In this document: one piece after another, positions 1 to 11,330 of the stretch
Layout: every line of letters begins with the position of its first letter
How positions within the stretch are numbered: position 1 is the first letter of the stretch
Origin: Eledone cirrhosa
Lineage: Eukaryota
Length of the DNA stretch: 64,000 nucleotides
Direction: 5' to 3'
Assembly: GCA_964016885.1 (NCBI GenBank)
Contig: OZ024741.1
Location: 153,636,001 to 153,700,000, forward strand
Position numbers and translations under genes: made by a program
The notes under the pieces: model-generated
What the model was told of the DNA's origin: nothing
The model's database searches: none
Seen by the model: only the letters and a program-made list of their open reading frames with translations

Positions 1-228
1 CAGGAAAGAATCACTGGACAGATTTTACGGGCAAAACCAACTTGTAGGAGATCTAGGGGTAGACCCTGAGCATGATGGTTGGGTAACATCCATGAGCTTG
101 GATGGTCTTGCTTGGAGATCCAGCCGGATCAGTTGGAGACAGTTGCTTCTGACAGGACCTGCTGGAAGGAGTGTTTGAGGACTCTGCCCCCATGACCCTC
201 TCAGGAATAAGTGGATGAAGAAGAAGAA
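1..228 (+). mobile_element. Degenerate 3' end of an RTE-clade LINE (Expander/Rex3-like C-terminus)
   Basis: Translates ERITGQILRAKPTCRRSRGRP*A*WLGNIHELGWSCLEIQPDQLETVASDRTCWKECLRTLPP, resembling the RRxRGRPxxRW...W C-terminus of RTE ORFs; GAA-repeat tail. Confidence 0.6.
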
Positions 229-2024
229 GGGTTAAAGTGGCTTGTGATGGATTAGATGCTGATTTCAAGAACAAAACAGTCTTGAACATTTTAGTTGAAA
301 ATTAAGCACCATTTCTATATGACATTGTGGAACTAGACATTTATTGAGAAAACATTTTGCAAGTATATTCAGCCCATTTCTTCACAGAAACAACTATTAT
401 AGTTAAATCCGAAGTTTAATTTTAGGCAATGCTATGGAGTTATAATTATTGATATGTTACATATGGCTTGCATTACAGAATACTCCTATCATTAGCTTTC
501 AGTTAGAGATTACAATAATTTTAGTACCTTCCTAATATGAACTAAAGAATATTTCAGAAAGTTGTGAGGGTCTTTCAATCTATATCAATGACAGGTTATA
601 TTAACCCATATAGCATTACTAGCCTGATATATAGGACACTGTACAGGTGATATGATAAGAATGCAATGGTCTTCTATTATTTTGGGCTGTGTGTACTGGG
701 TGCTTATTTCATGGCACAGTACTACCACCTTATAGGGTGGACTGGTTTTTTTTTGTTGTGGCACCGGTACAGCCATCATACAGGGTAAGCTTGGTGCTTT
801 TGTCATGGCCCAGCACTACCACGTTACAGAGCTGAGTAGACCTTTTCAATGGCGCAGCAGCACTACCACATTTCGGTGTGAAATGTGTACTTTTTGTTGT
901 GCACCAGCACTACCATCTTACAGGGTGGACTGGGTGCTTTTTATCAAGGTATCTGCACAACCACCTTATTACATTTTTATCTTTCAATAAATATATCAAG
1001 ACTTCCCAAAACAACATTTATATACAATTGATAAAATAAGTACCAAACTTGCAAAAATAAAAACTGGAGTTGATATGATTGACTGAGTCAAGGTAGTGAC
1101 TGAAACAAGTAAAAGAATAATTGTATTGTGTGTTTTGTTCCTTCTCAAGATCACAACTTAGAACTAAATCGTTTTTGCTGGATTTCGTGTTTGGGACCCA
1201 CTTAGGAAATTAGTTTATTGCAGGTGATGTCTCTTAGTAGACTGTTCCCTATTTCCTAACAAATTTGGGTGGTTGACTTAAACTGTTGCCCGAGTTTAGC
1301 ATACTACCACTTCCTCTTGATCTTTGAGTGTCCACATATTGCAAACATTCTGACCAGGCCTCCAGTTTGGGAATAATTTCCTTGCTTTCTCTCTCCAGCC
1401 TCCATGACCCTGAAAGAGAGTCTTTGATTCCTTTCTTCTACCCATAAAATCTGGCGGAGTCGTAGGAGTGCTGTTCTGACATACAACATGCCTTGGGCAT
1501 TTTAAACCTGGTAGAGCCCATTTCTTCTCCAGGTCTGAACACAGCCGATTTCTTCCAGAGAAGGAGAGAGAGAGGAGGTGAGAAAGATGTAGAGGAAGAA
1601 TTGGCCCTAGTACTGGACTGGTAAATAAACCCTATTCAATGATCCAACAGTTTGCCACACAAACCATATCTAGAATTTCAATTATTTATCTCTTCTGGTT
1701 TGCTATGTACTTAACTAAAGTAGCATAAACCAGTCTTTTCTCTGTATCCAGTTGATTTTAATATTATTATGATTTGTGTGCTGGATTGGTAGAGTGTTGA
1801 ATAAATTGCCATTATGATGTTTGATCAGGCTCTTTACATTCTGAGGTCAAACCTCATGAAAGTCAACTTTGTCTTTCATTCTTCCCCGGTTGATAAAATA
1901 AAGTACCAGTCAAATATTGAAGTTGATTTAATCAACTTTGCCCTGCCCCCTAAATTTTCTGGCCTTGTTCCTAAATTAGAAATCAATATTATTATGACAA
2001 TATGTGTGTGTTTTATTTACCCAG

Positions 2025-2226
2025 GTTAACAAGTGTATATTTGGCAAGCAAAGTGGAAGAATTCAATGTATCTATCAGCCAATTTGTTGGAAATTTGAAA
2101 GGAGATCGTGATAAATTTGCTAATGTCATCCTAGGCTTTGAATTATTACTCATGGAGAAATTGTCCTATCACTTGACTGTCCACAACCCTTTTCGTCCCA
2201 TGGAAGGACTTCTCATTGATATGAAG
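2025..2226 (+). CDS. CCNH: Cyclin H internal exon
   Basis: ccag| LTSVYLASKVEEFNVSISQFVGNLKGDRDKFANVILGFELLLMEKLSYHLTVHNPFRPMEGLLIDMK |gtga; matches cyclin H motifs LACKVDEFNVS and LIVHNPYRPFEGFLIDLK. Confidence 0.95.
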
Positions 2227-2384
2227 GTGAACTTCTCAAAACTTCTCACTCTGTTTTAGTTTTTTTCCATATTTGTTTTCTAATTTTTTTAAGATGACAA
2301 AAGTGACCACTTTGTTTTCTGACTCCCAGACTAAATGTCTGACATGCAAAAAAAAATGACCATTCCATTTCTTCTGACTTCCAG

Positions 2385-2492
2385 ACTAACTGTCAGACCT
2401 GCGGTGACCCAGAAATACTCAGGCAACAAGCTGAAGAATTTTTAGAAAAATCTATGCTAACTGATATTTGTCTCTTGGTTTCCCCAGCCCAG
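2385..2492 (+). CDS. CCNH: Cyclin H exon
   Basis: ccag| TNCQTCGDPEILRQQAEEFLEKSMLTDICLLVSPAQ |gttgag; matches cyclin H PEILR...FL...LTD.LL..PSQ; phase 0/0. Confidence 0.92.
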
Positions 2493-3953
2493 GTTGAGTA
2501 TGTTTATTATTATATTTGGCCATTTTAATCAGAAGTTATTATCTTTCTCTAGTGATTCTTACATTTTTTTTATAAAAAAAAATTAGCCTTTTCTAGTTTG
2601 AATATCTGATTAATAGTGATTTCTAAATTGGGCAAAAGACCAGCAATTTAGGGAAGGGAAAGTTGATTATATCAATCCCAGTACCTGACTGGTACTTTAT
2701 TTGGGCATCCGCCTCAGAAAGATGAAAGGCAAGTGTTGGATTAATAGTAGATGTGTTAGTATTTAGTTCTTAATCTCCAAAACATTTAATCTAGAGTAAC
2801 TTATATGTATATAACGGTAAGTAAATTATTATGAGCCTAATAACCCCACCTTGTTTATTTTGTATAAAAATGTATTTTAAATTCAATGGAATGGAAGTAT
2901 ATTAGTTTTTATCTACCCAGAATAATAAAGTTTTATTTCATTTTTTCACAAAAAATACACAAGTGTTTTAAGGCCCTTTTCCCTGTGGAATCAAGGATCA
3001 GTACTGCAGGCATCCTGATAGGCTTCATCATACACATCATGGGGTCCTTTTTAAAACAATGTTATATATTTGGATGCCTTTCTTATGGCTAACCCTTTTA
3101 ATTACCTTTTATGACATAAAAGGATATGGTGTACCTATTCTAAACTGAATACACACAGTAATCATTTACAAAAAATATCTTAAGTTGAACTGAAAAGTTT
3201 AGGCCTGTACATAAAGTTTTAAGGTTAAGAGTATTTGGATTTTTCATATTTAATGCTGTCATAAATTGAACAAATCATCTACAAATTTGGAGATTTGTGT
3301 ATCCCAGATCTCTATATGTATTGTAAGACTATATATCTGCATCATGTCCCCTGAAGTTGTTCAACAGAAAGCCAGGGGCTGATGCAGCTTGGCACCAGTG
3401 ACGTCACTGGCAAATGGTTGAAAGAGATACCACAAGGCATCATGCCTGACACTCTAACAGTTTCACCAATCCATCACCCTGGACAGGTATTTTATTTATT
3501 GATCCTGGAAGGATGAATGCAAAGTTGACCATGGTGGGATTTGAACTCTGAGCATAGTCAGCCAGAACAATTAACACAAGGTATTTAATCTGATGCTCTA
3601 AAAATTTTGCCACTTTGTCACCTATATGTCTTAAAACATCTAGCAACAAAAGACAAGCATTTTATCTGGTTTTATTGGCTTTAAGAAACTGAAACCATTA
3701 TACTTCCCCCTGGAGAGGTACCAGTTTATCACAGGGTTAACCTCCAGCTAATGCTGATTCTCATTTTCAGTTGAGTTGACTGGAGCAATGTGAAATGAAG
3801 TGTTTTACTAAAGAATACAATGCACCATCCAATACAAGAATCCAACCTAGACAATGTTGTAAATATTTTTATCTTAATCTGCTGCTATTTTGTGATTGAT
3901 ATGAAATTGGTTATATTTATTGAGTCATACAACAGGAATTATTCCAATTTCAG

Positions 3954-4009
3954 ATAGCCTTAGCTGCCATTTTGGACAGTTGTTCTTTAAAAAACATTGA
4001 CATCATGAG
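3954..4009 (+). CDS. CCNH: Cyclin H exon
   Basis: tttcag| IALAAILDSCSLKNIDIM(S) |gtcagt; corresponds to IALTAIL; frame continues from the previous exon. Confidence 0.88.
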
Positions 4010-5053
4010 GTCAGTTTTGCAGTTTTATATTTTTTATTTTCTTTCTAACATTCTCATTTAGAACATTGTGTTCATTATCATCTTCATCTAACACCAGTTT
4101 TCTCTGTTAGCCAGGGTTGGATGAGCGATTACAGACTAAGTTAGTACTTAATTGGTGCCACTGACCTCTCAGATAGACAAGGGCCTGCAACATGCTTACA
4201 AACATTTCTCCTTTTTACAGTGTGCACTGGGTGTATTTTACCATGTCACGAGCACTAGGGAGGTTGTCATGTCAATTAACTGAAGAGTCCTTTTGGTCCT
4301 GTTTGGCAAGTTTTTTATGGTTGGAATCCCTTCCTATTCTTAACTAGTAAAGTTATGTTCATTTTCTCAATCTTCTGAAGCAAGGCACTTCATTTCACAT
4401 TACTTCTCATAATAGGACTGGGATTCTCTATCATCAAAACATGAGAAACCTCCAATAAGATGCAAGTTCGGAGGAGGTCAACTCATCTTTAGACAGGTGT
4501 GAGCTGTAATAACAGAATCAATAAAACAAGAGCCAGTAGTATAATGATGTTAACCCAGATATTTATATTACATTACTCTTTTCAAAATCACTATGCTTCA
4601 GAAAGGATTTATTTGTTTCATTGCCTTGAACGAATAACGACAATATAAATAGTGAGTACTTTTTAATCTTGTGAGTTCCAAGACAACTTCACTCGTGCTG
4701 GTGCCATGATAAAATACACCTATGTTGTTGGTGCCATGATCAAATATACACAGTACACTGTAAACTGGTAATGGTCGAACTGAAACTATAAGTTTCAGAG
4801 GGCCCTTTTAGTCTTGCTGGGGAACATGTTAACCTCTCTAGTGCTGGTGCCATGTTAAAAACACACCTAGTACACTGTGTAAAGTGGGTGGTGTTAGTAA
4901 GGGCATCCAGATTTAGAAACTATGCCAAATATAGAACGTACAAGTGACACATCTCTGACCTCTCTAGTCACAAACTGTGACAATCCATCTAACCCATGCC
5001 AGTATGGAAAGTAGACATAAAATAATGTTGATAAGTAATCTTTATTTTCCTAG

Positions 5054-5124
5054 CTATGTCACATCAACTTTGATGAAAGGTGCTGAGTCCGATCAGAAGA
5101 AACGAACAATGCAGCAAGTTAAAT
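5054..5124 (+). CDS. CCNH: Cyclin H exon
   Basis: cctag| (S)YVTSTLMKGAESDQKKRTMQQVK |gtaagt; phase-compatible with both neighbours; corresponds to SYLSESLM. Confidence 0.85.
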
Positions 5125-5979
5125 GTAAGTATACCGATTAAAAATATATAGGCATGGCTGTATGGTTAAGTTCACCCTACAGCCCTGGTTTCAGGTTTGA
5201 TTTCACCGTGTAGCACCGTAAGTAAGTGTCTTATGCTATAATCTATGCCATGTGAATGAATTTAGCAGGTGGAAATTGTGAGGAAGCATATCCTATTTGT
5301 GTATGCCTGTTTGATTCTGTTTTCATATCAACACATTTTAACTTCTATCTGTATTGGCAGAGTGGTTAGATCATAGGACAAAATGCTTTATGGTGTGAGT
5401 TCAAATCTCACTGTGGCCTACTTGGATGGTAGGTTTAAACAGTCACTCAGTTTAATACCACCACCTGGCCCTTGGGTGCCTTTCGTGAAGTGGAGTTTAT
5501 TCTGTTGTCCAGTTTAACATCATTACCATCACCTAGCCTTTGAGTGTCTTTAGTGAAGTCCACTCTATGGAGCAAATCTCTGGTTTGAGGACATCTTTTT
5601 CTCTTCTTCCCACCAGTCTTTGGGACCCTGAAAAGTATGGGAACTGCTTTTTTCCTCCTTGATTAAGCAGTAAAATAATAAAATAAAACAGTGGAATTAT
5701 TAATCTGGAAAGCCAATTTCAATTAATGATATTTGACATATTTTTACAATAGTGTCAAGTTTTATCATCAATATCATCATCCTTTTTCAAACAGAAATTT
5801 CCCCATTGATCTTATATTAGACTAGGATTTCATCATCATCGTCATTTAACATCCATTTTCCCTGCTAGTAAGGGTTGGTTGGGTTGTCACAGTATAAGTC
5901 AGTACTTAATCAGAGCCACTGAAAAAAAGTGTCGAACTTTGTGTTATAATGTCTTTATAATTTTTATTTTTGTTTTTAG

Positions 5980-6091
5980 TAATTCAAGTAACAGTGAACA
6001 ACCAAAATGGCTTGAAACGGGAACATATACGACAGCTGGAGAAGAAGCTAGAAAAATGTCGTAATCAAGAAAACAACCCAGACAGTGAGGT
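5980..6091 (+). CDS. CCNH: Cyclin H exon
   Basis: tttag| LIQVTVNNQNGLKREHIRQLEKKLEKCRNQENNPDSE(V) |gtaagt; KLEKCRNQENNPDS resembles the invertebrate cyclin H C-terminal segment. Confidence 0.88.
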
Positions 6092-6789
6092 GTAAGTGTA
6101 AAACAAAAGTAGTTTTTAGAATTTAATAAAAAGAAAATCAAAAAGTAATCTCAGCTGTTGTAAAAGAGATAGATAACGGTGCTGCAAGATATATTTCTAA
6201 ACAATTCTGTTTAAGACTTACAGGAGTTATTTTCTTCAATAGACATTGTCTTAAGACCATACCTAGGATTTCTTGGTGTGACCACAAAAACAAAAAACGG
6301 GGAGGGCATGGAAATAGCCTGACTAAATAATCTCTACAATACCTTCACTATACAATAGTGGAAGATGCTTGTCCATATGCTATGCATGTCCACAAAAAAA
6401 CAAGAAAGGTGCCTCACTAGAATGAAAGCCAGAAATGAGTGAAGTACCTAAGAGGTAAAGCAGACCTGTCACAACCTAGTTGAAGAGTGTGAAGGAAAAC
6501 GTAGCAGACACAGGCCTGGCCTATGACAATGTGGAATGGTGATCTCTTGTCATCTAAAGTCCCATAAGGAGCAAAAGGAACTAAAGTAGGAGGAGTTATT
6601 TTCTAGCAGCGTTTATGAAAAATATTTTTAAAAAAAGCAATATATGTAACTTTTTTTTTTGCTGGTTTCAATTGTTAAACTATAGGCATGCTAGGGCAGC
6701 ACCTTGAGAATTAGTTGATCATATCGACACCAATATTTTTATTTTTCAAGTCTCGACTTCACTCCATATATAGTAGTTCAATGGATTCA

Positions 6790-7700
6790 GGTCTGGAGAG
6801 GAGGAGGCAATATGTTTGGGGTGATGTGATCGTGGAGAATGGAATTCACCCATTTTTGGGTTGTCTTGATCATCTTAATGAGATGGAGCAGTCTGGTTGG
6901 TAGGTGTATGGTCTTCCTTTACTCACACTCTCTACCCAAGGCCTCACAACCTTCTCCAGTATCTCTTTATAGTCAGCAGCATTGGCACTTAAGCCCTGAG
7001 GAAAGAAATGAGGAAGCATGACATCTTCCTTGTTGCTCACAACTCCCAGAAACTTTGTATGCATGACCATTGGAACATCTATAAGGTTTCTGCATAACCA
7101 TCTCACATTCTTATGGTTGACCTTTTGGTCCTGATCAAAGTTTATATCATTAGAGAAAAACAGAAGCATTCCAGGCTCTCAATGTTTCAACTTGCTCAAC
7201 AATTGCTTTGCATGGATCAGACAGTTATCTTTTGTCTTTGCAGACATGAATTGGCTTCTTTGCATTACACTGACTTGTATTGAAGATCCTCATGCATAAT
7301 TCTTCTGATAGTGTGCCTTGAAACCTTCAGTTCCTTAGCAATAGCGATAATTGACTTTCTGGGGTTCTTATTAATAATTTTCTGTACCTTTTGTACAAAT
7401 TTGAGTGTTCTGATGGTATTAGGACCCTTAGCAAGTGTTTTATGTTTGGCTACTGCTGTAGAATCCCTGTCACCTGCTTCCAGTTCTTTGAGAACTTTGA
7501 CAACAAATGACCATACAACTTTCAGGAAGTGAGCAATTTCTAAATCTTTAAAGCAACAATTACAGTGTGCCTTTTCATTTGCCAAGTTTGCTTGGTGTCT
7601 GTCATTATTTATCTGAAAAGAAATGATTATCAGAACAAGTTATAAAAAATTTAGAGCTATTACAAGACATGTCCTCAAAGAACTGAGCAACCTTGTATCT
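6790..7700 (-). mobile_element. Degenerate DD37D/maT mariner-like transposon inside a CCNH intron
   Basis: Broken ORFs 7265-7585 and 6870-7169 (FFSNDINFDQDQKVN, DVMLPHFFPQGL, VRPWVESVSKGRPY) align with the intact transposase at 28070-29125. Confidence 0.85.
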
Positions 7701-7898
7701 GTCCTCCCAATTTGACTCACAACATACTTGCTCCAGGTGCCCATGCAGTGGGACTGAAACTGACACCACATAACTATGAAGTGAACTCCTATGTTAATTA
7801 TTTTACTGGTGTAAAATCTATTAGTTTAATGCTTGTTCTGTTAAATAGGATATGTTATATCTATTTGAGTTATGTAATATCTGTAATATATTTTTCAG

Positions 7899-7944
7899 TT
7901 ACAAAAGAAGAATGCAAGAAATGTTTGAAGAAGAAAAACTCTAA
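7899..7944 (+). CDS. CCNH: Cyclin H last coding exon (as assembled)
   Basis: tttttcag| (V)YKRRMQEMFEEEKL* with TAA at 7942-7944; phase matches the previous exon; donor-like cag|gtaatt at 7957/7958. Confidence 0.75.
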
Positions 7945-8204
7945 GATTTTTCCTCAGGTAATTCTACCATTTTGATAACTACATTGCTGCATTTTTAGTT
8001 GCCATGGTTTCAGTACTCACTACTAACTTTATAGTGTGTTCTTGATTGCTGTCTGTCACATCTGTCCTCATTTCACTGCTTCTTAAAGACCAAATTGCAG
8101 TTATATTTCTTATTCTCATTATATCAGAGAACAACCAGCAGTCTCATTACTTCTTTCTTCTCATTATCTTCCATAACAGACATCTCTCAACTATTATATA
8201 CATC

Positions 8205-8450
8205 CTCCAATGGATGTGCAATGTTGACATGCATGAATGATCTAAGAGAAAAAATGGATATAAGAGGAATTGGATGTTGTGCACAGGAGAGAAGACTGCA
8301 CTGGTGTGGATGATGATCGTTGGGTGAAGAAGTGCCAAGAAATCCCAGTGGAAGGAACTGCAGTAGGAGACCAAGGAAGAGCTGGTCAGAGCTTGTGAGA
8401 ACTGATCTCAAATCGTTGAAACTCACAGAGGAAATGATGAAGGACTGCAA
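8205..8450 (+). mobile_element. Old RTE LINE 3' fragment
   Basis: LQWMCNV, DLREKMDIRGIGCCAQERRLHWCG and RRPRKSWSELV parallel the C-terminus of the RTE at 57093-57587. Confidence 0.75.
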
Positions 8451-8550
8451 CAAATATATATATATATCAACCAGGCAGTGGAGAATCATCATTGAAAACC
8501 TCCTGGTTGATATATCAACAAATTAAATCACTAACGTTTATACAGATGAG

Positions 8551-8622
8551 AGCTGCCTGATGAAATAGTATCTGAAGGTTTAAAATTACCTAACAGATAC
8601 CATGGAAATACATATAACAGCT
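8551..8622 (+). ncRNA. Type I hammerhead ribozyme motif (Penelope-type)
   Basis: AGCTG-c-CTGATGA, stem II GTATCTG/CAGATAC, GAAA-TACATA-TA, a-CAGCT; preceded by a 14-bp inverted repeat (8462-8515). Confidence 0.6.
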
Positions 8623-11040
8623 ATTATGTAATAAATAAAATGTGGTGAAGTATGATTGAAAGAATGGGATGCTGACATTGAGTGCTTCATCCTACTTACA
8701 ACAGTTTGCATTGATTGTTTGCATCTGCAAAACTAATTGCTGATTGATTAACATGACATAACCACAGTATATATATATACATGTGTATCTGATTTAGGAT
8801 AGGTACTCTGTATTCCTGCACATTGTAAAAAGTAACTAAAAGTGTTAGTGTCAGGAAGGACATCCAACTGTAAAACAATGCCTCAAAAAGTCCCCTCTAA
8901 TTCATGCTAGCATGGTTAAAATTATGGTGGTGGTGATGCCAAACTGCCTGAAACTAACCCTTGTTCTAAAACCCTTCCATCTTAATTTTATGTTGTGTTC
9001 CAGACACCATATTAATATGAAATGAGGAAGTTAGTTATCTCTCCAAATTCTTGGTTATTGTCAAAATACTTCGAAAATCACAGACATTGTATTTCATAGG
9101 AAATATGGTAACTAAAGAGTTATGGTTAATTTACCAATCTGCAGAAATATTCAAAAGTGCATTATATAAAAGCAAGAGCAGTTTGGTGTTATAGGGACCT
9201 AACTATAACACACTTTGTGAACTTATCATCATAACATTTGTTTCTCTATACTTGTATAAGTTGGATGGGTTTTTCCCAGCACAGTTTCCCCACCACTCCA
9301 CTCATTTAATTTCTTTGTCATATCCTCTGTGAGGTTTAGCGTCTTGAGATTTGCTCTCACCATTTCTGTCCAGGTTTTCCTTGTGCTTCCTCTACTATAG
9401 CTTATTCATATATATATAAATAAGTTATATATGCAAGACACCTTTGACAAGTGTTTTCTACTATAGCCTTAGGGCTGACCAATCCTTGTCAGTGAATTTA
9501 GTAGCCAAAAATTATATAATACAACTTCAAACTGACTTAATCTTTTTTTCTGAAATAAACTCCAACCAGTTTCTATTATAATACTGCAAGAACAGATTTA
9601 TCATAAAAAGTATTTACCATCTTAAGTGAGTCACACATTCAATACATGCCTGTCATAACTTCTATCATAACATGTCATAACATCTATCTTAGCATCTATC
9701 ATAATATGCCATAACTGTAAGAGACAATGTACATACCTAACATAACATCTATCATAATATCTGTTATAACAAATTTAACATCTATCATAATCCTAAGAAT
9801 GGGACTGCTTATATTTTCTAGTGGCTTATTCAAAAGAAGGGTGTGGCTTCTGAAACTGTCAATGGAAACAAATGAGGAAGTTATCATTAAAACAGAGGCC
9901 TGATTCAAATTCTTGCAACTGGGTGGGTTCTGATAATAGCATCCATGAGCTATGTGGTGGTGTTAAACTAGTCGATGGGTTAACCTTTCATTCCTAAAAA
10001 GTAGTGAGTCAAGTAGATGAAGTGTATATTTTTAGGGAGTCACTTAAATTGTAATCTGAAAGGAAACAGTTGTGAAAGTTAATGTCTTATACAGTGGGAA
10101 CTAACCTGTTTGAAAAGAGATATAAAACCTATCGATGACAAAGTTGTGTTGATTATGAAGATTTCTTGCTAAATGAGTTGTTTATGCTCATTTCTTTTAT
10201 AATGTAGAGTGATTTGAGGGAAATTTAGTTGCTATTTCTAACTGGTCATCAACTAAATGTTGTCGAGTATTAGTATCCAAGGGAAGTAATTCTTTTTTCA
10301 CTTCAAGCAAGTTTTTTTTTATAATGAATCGCAAATGATTCTTAAAGTAATAATAAAGAAAAAGAACTTTAAAATTATTCTATTCGATCTTTTTCTCATA
10401 GTGGTACATATGTTATTAAACTGCTTAACCTAGAAGAAAATTAGTGAATAATTTAAAAATAATAAAATTATCAGAAACTTGAAGTATTACTGGGATAATT
10501 ATAAAAGAACCCTTTAACTTGACAAAAGAAAGAACATATATGTATCCTTTTTTTCATATTCCTTAATAAAAAAAATAAAAAAACCAACTCAAAACTATAC
10601 TATTTCATAAAAGAATAACATATTAAAATAGATACTTTAGAATCTCATGAAGAACTTTGAAACATTACTGTAGGATTCCCCCTTTTTTCACAAACCTCTC
10701 AAATACTTTAGTGAATCCTTTCAGTTCATATGAACCCAGTTTGGAGACCACTGGGATAGGTGTTGGTATTAAACCAAGTGATAGATTATGTTTACCAATG
10801 GTATTTTTGGAAGGAAAATACATTCCTTGATATTGTTTTACCTTTGCTATTGAGTTCTGACTGGAGGACTAGATTATTGTATTCAAACAAAATTAGTATT
10901 GGTATTGTTTAGTTGAGGAAGGAAGGAAGGACAATGTTCATGGCCCTTTTTAAGGAATCTGAAACTGGTGGGAGGAAGCAGGTTTCAAACTGGAGATGTC
11001 ATTTGAATGTTTCCAATAAAGTAGGCTCTACAAAAGGCAG

Positions 11041-11330
11041 CCATGGACCAGGTGGTGGTGTTAAACTGGGTAACAGATTAAGTCTGTCACCCAAGGGCTA
11101 GGTGGTGGTGTTAAACTGTGTGACAGATTAGGTCTATCACCCAAGGGCTAAGTGATAGTGTTAAACTGGGTGACAGATTAAGTTTATCATCCATGGACCA
11201 GGTGGTGGTGTTAAACTGGGCAATGGATTAAGTCTACTACCTAAGGACCAGGTAGTGGTATTAAACTGGTGACAGATTAAGTTTGCCACCCAAGAGTCAG
11301 GTGGTGAAGGATTAAATCTATCACCCAAGT
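11041..11330 (+). repeat. Tandem minisatellite, about 50-bp unit, about 6 copies
   Basis: Recurrent GGTGGTGGTGTTAAACTGGGTGACAGATTAAGTCTRTCACCCAAGGG; reverse-strand relatives near 5450-5545. Confidence 0.85.
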
